The notes below the pieces were generated by a model. It searched no databases. It worked only from the letters and a program-made list of their open reading frames with translations, and was not told the origin of the DNA. Source: Gekko japonicus (lineage: Eukaryota). From it: DNA of 57,178 bases. Location: the NCBI RefSeq assembly GCF_001447785.1, contig NW_015170896.1, positions 108,575-165,752 on the forward strand, given 5' to 3'. Shown piece by piece: positions 12,856-24,055 of the stretch (within the stretch, counting starts at the first letter, position 1; every line of letters starts with the position of its first letter). The position numbers and the translations under genes were made by a program.

Positions 12856-13455
12856 ATGCTGAGCTCAGTGTGCGTCTCCTCTTTCCGCGGGCGCAAGTCT
12901 GGGAACAAGCCGCCGTCCAAGTCATGTTTGAAAGGGGAGATGGGCCGGAACGAGGACAACGACAAGATAGTCATCAACGTCGGGGGGATCAGGCATGAGA
13001 CCTACCGCAGCACCCTCAAGACCCTGCCGGGGACGCGGCTCTCGTGGCTCACCGAGCCCGACGCCTGCAGCAACTTCGACTACGACCCCAAGGCCGACGA
13101 GTTCTTCTTCGACCGGCACCCGCAGGTCTTCGCCTACGTCCTCAACTACTACCGCACGGGCAAGCTCCACTGCCCGGCCGACGTCTGCGGGCCCCTCTTC
13201 GAGGAGGAGCTGGCCTTCTGGGGCATCGACGAGACCGACGTGGAGGCCTGCTGCTGGATGAACTACCGGCAGCACCGCGACGCCGAGGAGGCCCTCGACA
13301 GCTTCGAGACCCCCGAGAGCCAGGAGGATGAGGAGAGCGGCGACCTCAAGCGCCTCTGCCTGCAGGAGGACGGACGCAAGCTGGGCTGGTGGTCCGGCTG
13401 GCAGCCCAAGGTCTGGGCCCTCTTCGAAGACCCCTACTCCTCCAAGATGGCCAGG
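12856..13455 (+). CDS. KCNC3: KCNC3 (Kv3.3) coding exon 1: N-terminal inactivation peptide and T1/BTB tetramerisation domain
   Basis: [17 protein letters not shown]...[18 protein letters not shown]...FDYDP...EFFFDRHP...[16 protein letters not shown]...VEACCW...[28 protein letters not shown] and VEACCW fit Kv3.3 rather than Kv3.1/2/4. Ends AGG|GTGAGT (donor at 13456, phase 0). Confidence 0.96.
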
Positions 13456-13572
13456 GTGAGTCGGGGCCGGACGGACGGACGGGGGGAGGGACGGAGGGAG
13501 GGAGGCGGCAGCAGAGACCCCTCGACGTGGCTCCTGAGGTGCACGGCATCGGTAGTGTTCAGGATTCATCGC

Positions 13573-13757
13573 CAGTATTCCCTCTACGCTTAGTGTGAGC
13601 TTTTTTCTTTTTTTCCCCCTCCGGCTCACACATTTTTGTCTTAGCTCAGGAAGGAGGGCTCCAAAGCAAACTAATTTATGAAGTAGCCAAATTAAACAAC
13701 TTTAATGCTGGTAGCTCAAAAAGTAGAATTTCTGCTCACAGATTAGAGGGAGCATTG
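13573..13757 (+). mobile_element. hAT MITE family A copy
   Basis: Degenerate TIRs; perfect 8-bp TSD TTCATCGC (13565-72 / 13758-65). Confidence 0.85.
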
Positions 13758-14559
13758 TTCATCGCCCTTTGGTGTGTGGCTCGTTCAGAGGGATAAGGCG
13801 CAGGAAGAGTTAATGGAATAGCTAGCAAGTTAATGAGTTGGGGCTTGGTGCAACCTTAGGCAGAGCTGCTGTGTTTGGACTTAACTCCACCATGGATTGC
13901 ACTCTCTTAATAACAGGAATGGGTTGTGTTTTGTTTTTGTTTTTTAAGTACCAGCAGTGGTTACTGATGGGTAATAAGTGAGTAACAGGGAATGAAAGTC
14001 CTCTTTGCGGCAGCCATTGTGAATAATAATTCATAATCAGACACTTCTCCTGATTATGGGTCTGGGTAATAATAACTCATAATGAAGATTAATGCTATTG
14101 TGGGCGCTGGCTCACCAAGGCTTTGTTCGCCTTTAAGGCGCCATCAGACTCACTCTCTCTGTGGTGTTGGGACTGTCGCAAACTACCCCTCTGGAATTGT
14201 GTGGTTCTTCGCATTAGCGTTACTGTACTAATTATGCAATGTTGGTGCTGGCTTTTTTTAACAGGAGGGAGGGAGGGAGAGAGAGAGAAGGTTGGGAAAG
14301 GCTCTGCCCCAAGGAGCTTACAATCTAGCATTTGACAAGAGCGGGAGACTGAGAAGGCAGAGGAGGGACAAAGTTACAAACAGGGTGGCTTCCTGCCAGA
14401 TCCTAGACGCTTTGGGGGCTTGGAAGCAAGCACCATTAAGTTCAGTAGGGTTTACTTTCAAGTAAACCAACGTTCGGTTGTACCCACACAGTCCAATGCA
14501 AGTTTGCTGTGAGATCAGCCCCACGGGCACCTTGACTTCTGTAGGGGACTGATGGCAAC

Positions 14560-14720
14560 TAGATCTATCTAGCAGGAGCTGTCCAGGGTCCCAGCCACAG
14601 GGAGGGCATTCTCCTTACCTGCTGCCTGACATCCTCCTTTTGGCTGGAGATGCCCGGGATTGAACCTGGGACCTTCTGCATGCAAAGAGTGAGCTCTGCA
14701 ACTCAGCAGAAACCACTTCT
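14560..14720 (-). mobile_element. tRNA-headed SINE remnant (related copy at about 23640-23840)
   Basis: GGGATTGAACCTGGGACCTTCTGCATGCAAAG is the reverse complement of a tRNA B-box-like head. Confidence 0.55.
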
Positions 14721-15620
14721 CCAACCTGAGGCTACAGTGAAGTATTTCAGAAAGGAACCAGGAAAAATTGCTCTTTAAAAACAGCTTGGGGTTTTCATCT
14801 TGGTTCTCTCCCAATGCTGTGAATCTTGTCCCCTTCCCTTGGAGATGTGTTTGCCCCGTTTCCTTGAAGCTGCACCCTTAGGGGCTGGGGGGGAGGGTTA
14901 ACTAAAGGAGAAAGAGGGGACGTGTTAAAAAAAAATGAAGGCAGGCTAAGGGTCGGGGTGTTCTAACAATGGAACACAATGACGATAATCAAGGTTTTTA
15001 AAAAATGCATAACACTGAACACCACACACAGATTAGTGCACAGAGGTTCATGCAGAAGGGTCCGTGTGCAATGGGCTGGTGAGCATTGGAGCCTGTGCAA
15101 AGATGAATGGCCAGGGGGCAAGGCAGATGATGCAGTAGAAAAGATAAGAGTATCAAGTGGGGTACACTGGGGATTTTGAAAGGGAGGGGGTTGCTTCAAG
15201 CACTGAGACACTGGTGGTATCTCATGCACAGGTGGGCCAGCCAGGAAGGGATGTGCGAAGAGCTTTGGAAGTGCTCTGCAGAGAATAAGCAGTAGGGAGA
15301 TAATGCAGACCAACTTGCAGAGGAAGGGGTACGGACAGGTGTGCAGCAGTGTGAGCGACGGAGCCGTGCCCATGAGCATGCCGAGGGGATGCGCATGGGA
15401 ATGCATTCCAGGGCCAAAATCGCGCCAGACGTTTAGCGCCATGGAAAACCTGAATGTTTCCTGTTGGGTTGTGTGGGTTGCACATGTGGAACCCAATGAT
15501 TATGTGTGGTGGAGCAATGTAGTGGTGCAAGGAGCTGGGGGGATAGTGAAGAGAGTGTGAGAAAGAAGAGGTAGAGGCATGTGGAGCGTGTGGGAAGGGG
15601 GGTTGTGCAAGGGCCCAGGT

Positions 15621-15686
15621 CAATGTTCCCTCTAAGCTGAGTTAGTGTGAGCTAGCTCACACTAACTCAGCTTAGAGGGAACACTG
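15621..15686. mobile_element. 66-bp palindromic derivative of hAT MITE family A
   Basis: Two left ends joined head-to-head; TSD GCCCAGGT on both sides. Confidence 0.9.
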
Positions 15687-15867
15687 GCCCAGGTCCTGGG
15701 CTACTTTTAGTCAGAACACCGGTGGGATGCAAAAAATTGAGACTGAGAGTTGAGAGCAATGGGACGCGAATATGCAAAAAAGTGAGTGTGTAGCGGCAGG
15801 AGGGTCCTGGCACACATGTGCATTCTTTATGACTTGCTTCTCTGTGTCAGGGAGAATGCCTTGGTCT

Positions 15868-15882
15868 CCAGCAGGGGGTGCT
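15868..15882 (+). promoter_or_regulatory. Candidate CTCF motif
   Basis: CCAGCAGGGGGTGCT resembles the CTCF core CCASYAGRKGGCRC; motif match only. Confidence 0.4.
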
Positions 15883-18110
15883 GACAACACAGTTTGAGGC
15901 TGTCCCAGAAAGTGAGGTCCCCTGTTCTCCGACTTCTCCACCCCCCCCTTCTTAAAAAAAACTCAGCTCTTTCTTCTGCCCTTCCTGCATTTTGGAACCT
16001 GCCTTTCCCACTGCAGTTTTAGGGCACACAAGCGCACTGCTCTTCCTTTCTTGTCCCCACTGAATCCCAGACCACGTATCTAGGGAGAAGTCACAGATTT
16101 CCCCCTAGCAGAGAAGTCAGAAATTCTCTCCCCCCCCCCCCCCCCCAAGCAATGCAGTTCTGGATCCCCCTTCTAACCTATCCACATCCCTTGCTGATCT
16201 TCCCTTGAAGGATGCTGCTCCAAACCACCTCAGAGCCCCCGACACTGCAGCTCAGAGCCCCCGTCTCACTTTGCCTTCCCATACACGGCTGATTATTACG
16301 CCCCATCCCCCACGCACTTCCTGGTCTATGCTGCTGAGACCCTCCACACAGTTTAGAACTTCTTGAAAAACCACTGAAGTGGGGGGGGGTCCAGGGGACT
16401 GGTTCCTCTCCCCCCCTCCGCTGCTCTGGCCCTACTTGTAGGACAATATTAGTGCTTTGTTGTTTCTAGAACTGCAGAGACAGCGGGTTAAAGGGGGGGA
16501 GGGGGGGCACCGCAGTGCAGTCTGCCAGCCCCAGAGTTTGCAGTGCACAGCCGGCATTCTGCAATCCGTATTGCACGCTGTCACCCCCCCCCCCCGCCCC
16601 AGGCAGCGAGGCAGCCGGTATCAAGAGTGCAAGGCTGGTAGGTCCCTTTACCCCCCCCTCCTTTCCTCCCCCACAGGGCTGGGAATGCAGCCAGGAAAAG
16701 TTACAGCAGAAGAGAGCAGGAGTGGGGGGGAGCAGAAAGGGGTGGGGGGGAGCAGAGGACTAAGGACGGGGCGATAGTGCTGCATTCAGCTGGACATCAC
16801 GTCAGGGATATTCTATAAACGGAGGAGCAGGTGGGGAGTAGAAACCAATCCCGTCTCTCCTCTAATATGATTGGGACTCTGCCCCCCCCCCATCCTGCCC
16901 CAATCTGTGCATTTAAGGAAGGTTTGCTGTATAGCTGCAGTGGTTTCTCTCTCTCTGTGATATGGGGGGGGGAGGTTTCTGCTCCTGCCACAGTTTTTGA
17001 ATCACCTGCATGGACAGCATCTGCTAAATGCTGCAAAAAAGATTGCTTGGCCCACATCCACCATCCACCCTCCCCTCCCCCACTTCCCAAAGAAAGGATG
17101 TGTGGAAGGTGGGAAGAATAAGCAGGCAACCGACGGGAGGTAGATTAAGCGAGGGATGGATCAGTGCCCTCCTCTACAAGAATGCCCATCCAGCACACAG
17201 AGACACATTTGCCTGTTTTCTATCAAGGTCTGCACACACCACCATGCATATTTTATAGGGATGTACTGTCAGACTGGGGCTACAGAAATCTGTATCCAGG
17301 CACATTTGATAGCTGCATCTAAGCCCCTGGGTATTGGAGAGAGGTAAAGTGTGTACATAGACAGATCTTATAGACTGTGCAGAGAAGCATACGCATGCAA
17401 ACCTCCTCTCTCTCTCTCATTCACTCATACACACTCCCTCCCATCCTTCAGATCTCTCACGTCATCATCCTCATTAGTTTTGAGTTTTTAACTTTCCTCC
17501 TAATTTGAACAATGTCTGAGCTTTGATTCTGGCGGTACTTCACATCTCTCCAACAAGGGGAAAAGTTGTACATGCCTGTTTTGGGCACCATAACAATTAC
17601 TTGGGTGGAAATACCTATTGTAGGTGTGCACATGCACTTGTAGATCAGGTGCATTCATTTCCCACACTTGTGAATTGGAGGCTGGGTGCAGAAATGTGTT
17701 TGGGAAGTGCGCTTTGTGCCTGCTTGGTTCTTTTCCCCGTTGCACCCGTATCTTACTCTTTCACATCATTTCCCCCTGCACTTTTACATCATTTCTCCTC
17801 GCTCTGCTCATTTGCCCCATACATCCATATCGTACACTTTTCTATGTCTGAAATGTGGCATGAGCGTTTTATTTCACTGTCAGCATATGGATAGGAAACC
17901 CATGTAGAGAAAATATCACATACTAAAGAATCCCTCAATTAATCCTTTCGTTCTTTCTCTGCTTATGATATACAGAAAGTTCTAGGTTGTATGTTCTCCA
18001 TTTTCTGATGCATACACAAGAGGAAGAAACAGAGGTAGATCGGGGAGAGAGCAAAAAATGCCACCTTCATGGCAGGCAGAGAAATTTAGTAAAGGACTAT
18101 ATGTCCTGAC

Positions 18111-18316
18111 CAGTGTTCCTTCTAAGCTGAGTTAGTGTGAGCCAGCTCACAGTTTTTGAGCCTCCGGCTCACACATTTTTGTCTCCGCTCAGGAAGGAGG
18201 GCTCCAGAGCAAACTAATTTATGCAACAGTCGTATTGCTCGCTCACAACTTTCATGCTAATAGCTCACAAAGTAGAATTTTTGCTCACAAGACTCCACAG
18301 CTTAGAGGGAACATTG
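18111..18316 (+). mobile_element. hAT MITE family A copy
   Basis: TIRs; flanked by GTCCTGAC on both sides. Confidence 0.9.
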
Positions 18317-18324
18317 GTCCTGAC

Positions 18325-18530
18325 CAATGTTCCCTCTAAGCTGTGGAGTCTTGTGAACAAAAATTCTACTTTGTGAGCTGTTGGCATTAAAGTTGTGAGC
18401 GATCGATTGGGCTACTGCATAAATGAGTTTGCTCTGGAGCCATTCTTCCTGAGCGAAGACAAAAATTTGTGAGCCGGAGGCTAAAAAACTGTGAACTGGC
18501 TCACACTAACTCAGCTTAGAGGGAACACTG
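18325..18530 (-). mobile_element. hAT MITE family A copy (inverted)
   Basis: TIRs; flanked by GTCCTGAC on both sides. Confidence 0.9.
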
Positions 18531-20533
18531 GTCCTGACCTGGATGTCCCAGGTTAGCCTGCTCTCCTCAGATCTCAGAAGCTGAGCAGTGTCGGCCATGG
18601 TTAGTTCCTTGGATGGAAGACCACCAAAGAAGTCCAGGGTTGTGACAAAGAGGCAGGCAATGGCAAACCGTCTCTGAACGTCTCTTGCCTTGAAAACTCT
18701 GTGGGTTTGCCATAAGTCAGCGGCGACTTGACAGCACTTACCAGCACCACGACCACCACCAAAGGACTATATGGAATAAATAAAGCCATGTAATGTATAT
18801 GTGTAAGATAAACAGGAAATATTTCACCTCAGCAGGCCTTTTTAAACTTTTGGTCCTCGTTGAGGTCTGCACTTCTGAATCAAATTAGGAACTGGGACCT
18901 AGGAACCAACTCAGTCTTATATAAAATGGACGACCCTTCTTCCTGTCAGCCTGGCCGAGAAAGGTCTACGTTAGAATCCGATCTACCCTCTTCTGTTTAG
19001 TCAGCTATAAAGTTGAACCTTGGACCAAAGAAAGTCGATGCATCCAAAGTATTTGTGTCCATCTAGCAGATTGAGAGCCAGTCCCAAGCTTCTGAGCTAA
19101 GGGGATTTTATTGTTAACTCATGTTCTGCCTCTCTATCCAGTCCTCAGCCCTTAGAGTGTACATTTCCCTCGTACCCATGATATTGGAGGAGAGGAAACC
19201 TTTGTAGCCAATAGGAGTCGCTAGAGAGAGGACACCCAATATTCTGCGTAAAAGTGCATTTTTTAAAAAAGCAAATCCTACACAAATTTCCGCGTGTCTC
19301 TTTGTGGAAGATCCTCTCATCTGCTTCCTCTCGTTCCCTATTCGTTGTCTGTTCTTCTACTTTGCTGCAAGATTAACAAACTAGCACATAAGTCCTGGTT
19401 CAAAATTTTACGGAATTCAAAAGGTTTTAGGGGAAAGAGGGTTTTTTTAATGGGATTTTAATGACTTTTGTGAAATGACTGCAGAATGGGAACAGCTTCC
19501 AGATGCTGGCAAGGGACACCTAAAAAAAGGAAATGGCTACTCTTATTTATTTCTCAGAAAACTTGGTTCTCTAACCTGCCACTTCCCCCTGCAATAGAGA
19601 TACACATTTGCCTTCAGTACCCACATTCCAGTGTACTAATGTCTGTCCCTTTCCCAAAGAATCCAGAAATCCTGTCTTTCACAAGAGCAGACACTGGTTC
19701 CCTTCCTCAGAAACAAAATAAGAGCCCTGTGGTACCTTTAAAGACTGACAGATTTATTGTAGAATAAACTTTTGTGGCCTTGATCCTGCAATAGTAGGCT
19801 CGGAGACCAGGGCATTCTGGTTCGTTAGGTACTTTCCCCCGCCAATCTCTGTTGCCATCTTTTGTCCCCCAAATTCTTGGCATGTGCTTTTTCCTCAGCT
19901 CTCAGTCACTAGACCAGCAGAGGCATCGTTCCATATTTCAATAAGGCAAGGAGAGAGGGTAATATTTTATAGATCTGACATGTAGGTTAGGGGTATAAGC
20001 CTTCCTCCCTCAAACCCAGTACACCTTCATAACACAAAAGTCCTAGCGTTGCATTCCCACCTCCTTGAAATGAAACTCTCTCCTTTACCAGAAACCCCAG
20101 AAATCTTGATCTTCTTCCATATTCTGCGCTATCCCTCCATGACCTTCCTAAACCTCAGGAATCCAGGTACCCCATTCCTACCCCCCCTTTCTGTTACACC
20201 AGCCCCCCCTTTCCAATTCAGACACTTCAAAAATCATGACTCCCCATTCCGGCAGACACGCATTATGACCTCCCAAATGCCCTTTGCAGAGATCTCAGGA
20301 GCTGGGGGACAAACCCCCCCCCCCAAATTCTACCAGATTCCTTTTCACCCACTGCTTTCCCAAAAAACTCAAGAGCCCTGGCTCTCCTGACCCCCCCTCC
20401 CCACCCGTAGATCGCCACCCTATGGAAATTCAACCCCCGCACTTTCCAGTGTGTTAGGAAGATGCCCCGTTTCGTAGGTGCTAAAATTGAGCTATTGCGG
20501 TTTAATCCACTCCCCCCCTCACTTTTGCTCTCT

Positions 20534-20554
20534 GTCGCTCTCCACGGTGCTGAA
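20534..20554 (-). promoter_or_regulatory. RE1/NRSE (REST-binding) element in intron 1
   Basis: Minus strand TTCAGCACCGTGGAGAGCGAC vs consensus TTCAGCACCACGGACAGCGCC (17/21; two mismatches are in the variable spacer). Confidence 0.8.
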
Positions 20555-22265
20555 CTGCAGCGTTGCATCCAGTGATAGCAGAGAGAGAGAATACACAGAG
20601 TGTGTGTGTGTGGGGGGGTAGCTTTCTTCCTGCTTCTAAGCCTCATCGCTGGTAGAGGTTATTCCGTGATTTTTTATTTTAAAGGAAGAAAGAGAACTGG
20701 AGAGAATATTAATGGATTATCACAGGGTGTCAGGTGGTGAATGGGGAGGGGGGTGACATACGCAATATTCCACCTAAGCATTGTTGTACAGAAAATGGGG
20801 GGGGGGCAGTGTTGAAGCAAGCTCACTGCAGGCTTGGAAAGGCTTTAAGAAAAAGAGGTTGATGTTGGGGAACGTATGTGTGTGGTGCAGAGGAATGAGT
20901 GTTTGGGGATCTTTATTGTTATTATATAACAGTTTTAAGAAGAGAAAGATTTGGCAAGATGGTGGGGGGGGCGCAACACGTGGGAGTTAATCCATATTGG
21001 ATGGTACCTTTCTTGAAGGGGGGGATGAGAGACGGATGACACAAAGTGTGTTTGTGTGAGTGGGGGGGGGGCTGCGTTTATCATCAAGTCCAACCCGGCT
21101 TCTCTGCCTCTGAGGCCTGATTGAAGGAAGTACATGTGGCAACTTTTGGAAATGAGTACGAGGAGTAACGCGTGGGGCAGCAAGAGGCAGAGAAGGGGGG
21201 TGGGTGGCAGGTTTACTAGCCATTCCGAAAACAAAAACCAAACTCACCATTTTAAAATCCAGAGAGGACAATGTATTTTCATGCTCTCCTCCTGGTTTGA
21301 ATCTAGCCTGTCAAATCCCCTTCCCCTGACTCTCTCCTTTTGCCCTCTGTCCCATGCCTTTTCCTCCCCCCCCCCCGCTAAGCACGGAGACTTGTTCCAC
21401 CCCCAGGTTTGTAATTAATCTTGGCTCTCCTCTATGTCCAACTGTACCATCTTGAAATTGATCCCTTACCCTGCTAGAATTAATCCACAGATCCACCCTC
21501 CTCGTCAATTTATCCTTCTTGCCGCTTCTCTGTGTCCGGGTCAGGTATCCCGCTTCCCCACTCAAGATATGCTTGTTGCAGTCCCCTTGGTTACTCTCGA
21601 GAAAAGAAGAGGCACCTTTGAGGATGGCAGCCTAAACTGCCTGCCCAGCCCCTTGTCTAGACATGTTACTTGAAGTTTCAGTTTCCCCTAATCATCTCCA
21701 CTCTTCTCATCTGCATCCTCACCCCTCAAAAAACATTTTCCGCTAGGACTGCTAAAACTGACCAGACTTATTTCCGCTGCACCCAGGAATCCCTCTGCCT
21801 AATACATAGCCTGGTGTACTTACTCTTAACACACCTTGATAAATTCTACCCAGGTAGTATCAACCATTCCCCCCCCCCAAATCCCTAATTTGTTGCTCAT
21901 AGAGATATCCCACCCTTCTTTCAAAGTACTCCAGGTGGTGTAGGGGGGGTGGACTGATCTGCTTTCCCTTCCTCCCTCCCTTCATGTTGATATTTATACC
22001 TTGCTTTTCTTTTCAATGGTGACCCATTGAGCCGCTTGTGATATAATTTCCCCCTCCTCCATTTTATCCTCACAGCAACAAGCCTTCGAGGTAGGTTATA
22101 CTGAGAGGGTGAATAGCTGGCCCAAAGTCACCCATTGAGCTTCCATGACAGAGCAGGGGGTTTCCCCTTCAAAACTGGGTCTCCCAAGTTCTAATCCAAC
22201 ACTCTGGCTGCTACACCAGCAGTCTTGTAAAGTAGGTGATGTTGAGAGAGAGAGAGAGTGGCGGG

Positions 22266-22470
22266 CAATGTTCCCTCTAAGCTGTGGAGTCTTGTGAGCA
22301 AAATTCTACTTTGTGAGCTACTGGCATTAAAGTTGTGAGCAAGTGAATTCACTACGGCATAACTTAGTTTGCTCTGGCGCCCTCCTTCCTGAGTTAAGGC
22401 AAAAATCTGTGAGCCAGAAGCTAAAAAACTGTGAGCTAACTCACACTAACTCAGCTTAGAGGGAGCACTG
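22266..22470 (-). mobile_element. hAT MITE family A copy inside an older SINE remnant
   Basis: TIRs; perfect TSD GTGGCGGG. Confidence 0.9.
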
Positions 22471-23484
22471 GTGGCGGGCCCAGGTCAGCTCATGGGGGAT
22501 TTGAATCCAGGTGCTCCCCAGTTCAGAATCCAGCACTTTAATCCATTGTGCCACATTGCTACTCTGCAGAGAGGCTGGAAAGGAGGGAATTGTGGCCCTC
22601 CAGGAATTACTGTGACCCTGAGGACCCTGTGAGCGTTTCCCCAGTTCCAAGCAACAAGCCAAGCATCCTCCCGCTTTCTGGAGTGACGCTCTGAAACACA
22701 AGTTGCAGCTCCGTTGCCGAAGGGAAGCTAGTCTGGGTCTGATCGGCGGTGTTCTTTGGGGAGACCTCTTGGGAACCTCAAGTAAATCACCTAGCATTCC
22801 ATGATGAAGAAAGGAGGGCCATGACAGTAATGAGTAATATCAAAATGAAATGAAATGTCTTTTCAATCGCCGTGTGCTTCCCTATTTCACTGCATCCCAG
22901 AGAATAGATGAGCTCTGACCTGTGCAAACTCACTTGGTCCTGAACCATTTCCATTCCGTGATCTCAGAGAGCTTCCAAAACTGGACCTCTCCTGCTCAAG
23001 CGGCCTGCACTAGATCCCTTTCCTCCACAGAGATCTGAGGTGTTCTAGATTCCCACTAGCTACCACAACATCTTACTCTTCTCCCAGACCACCCAAAACC
23101 TAGCTTCCTCCCCCTCCCCACGGCTCTGACCTGTTAGTATACATATGTATATCCCATGCTTCCTTCAAGGAGCTCAGGGCAGCATACGTGGATGAGACCA
23201 TTTTATTCCTTAATGGCACCCCTGTGAAAGTGAGACTGGCACAAGGTCAAAGTAGGGATTTGAAGTCATGTTTTCCTAGTCCAAGATTCTGGTTGCTACA
23301 CCACAGGGGCTCAAAACTCTAGTGCTGTCCCCAGTTCCATGGTACCTCAGCAAGGAATGGAAAGCTTAGAGGAAAGTCACCGGTGGGAAGTGTCTCTTCT
23401 TCACCCCTCAGAAGAGGTCGATTTACCTCATGCCGTGACCAAGGAATACCTCTACGTGTTGTCATATCTCTGGCTAGCTGGTAG

Positions 23485-24055
23485 AATGCCCTGGACCTGG
23501 ATGGCCCAGGCTAGATTTATCTTGTCAGATCTCAGAAATTAAGCAGCAGCATCCCTAGTTAGTACTTGGATGGGAGACCACCAATTGAGTACTGCATGAT
23601 CTGAGCTGTCAAGCACGGCCTAGTGGGCCCAGGGAGCCTGGCTAGCAGTAGAGGAGGCTGGGCCTACAACTTCCAGAAGCCCCTGAGACAATTGCCTACT
23701 CAGACTGGCAAAAGCTCTCTAAATCATAAGCAGAGGTGTGTCATATCACCTATTGCCACATCCTACAACTAATAATGCTCGAGATTGAACCTGGGACCCT
23801 CTGCCTGCCAAGCAGAGGGTCCCTGAGACACATCCTCTCCCAAAAAGCCCTGAAAGCCATTATTACAGAGATTAGTTCCCTTATAAATCCTAGCTTAAAC
23901 CATACCCGCAACAGTGAATGGAGGTGGTCTCCCACCAAGTCCAGGGTTGCTACGCAGAGGCAGGCAATGGCAAACCACCTCTGATTGTCTCTTGCCTTGA
24001 AAACCCTACGGGGCTGCCATGGATCAGCTGTGACTTGATGGCACTTCCCCACTGC
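23485..24055 (+). mobile_element. 5S-headed SINE pieces (head about 23485-23585, tail about 23925-24055)
   Basis: CCTGGATGGCCCAGGCTAG...GTTAGTACTTGGATGGGAGACC and GAGGCAGGCAATGGCAAACCACCTCTG... Confidence 0.6.

Larger units (their letters stand above)
11830..13560 (+). promoter_or_regulatory. CpG island / probable KCNC3 promoter and 5' region (contains an N-gap at 12125-12456)
   Basis: Very high GC and CpG density, GC boxes (GGGGCGG/GGCGGGG), overlaps the first coding exon. Confidence 0.75.
18103..18760 (+). mobile_element. 5S-headed SINE carrying two hAT MITEs
   Basis: 5S-like body from 18531; (CCA)n-like tail; TSD AAAGGACTATAT at 18091-18102 and 18761-18772. Confidence 0.85.

Noticed and set aside
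12922-13629. 235-aa antisense ORF over exon 1 (also 32847-33281 over exon 2)
   Set aside because: Expected shadow of a high-GC3 coding sequence.
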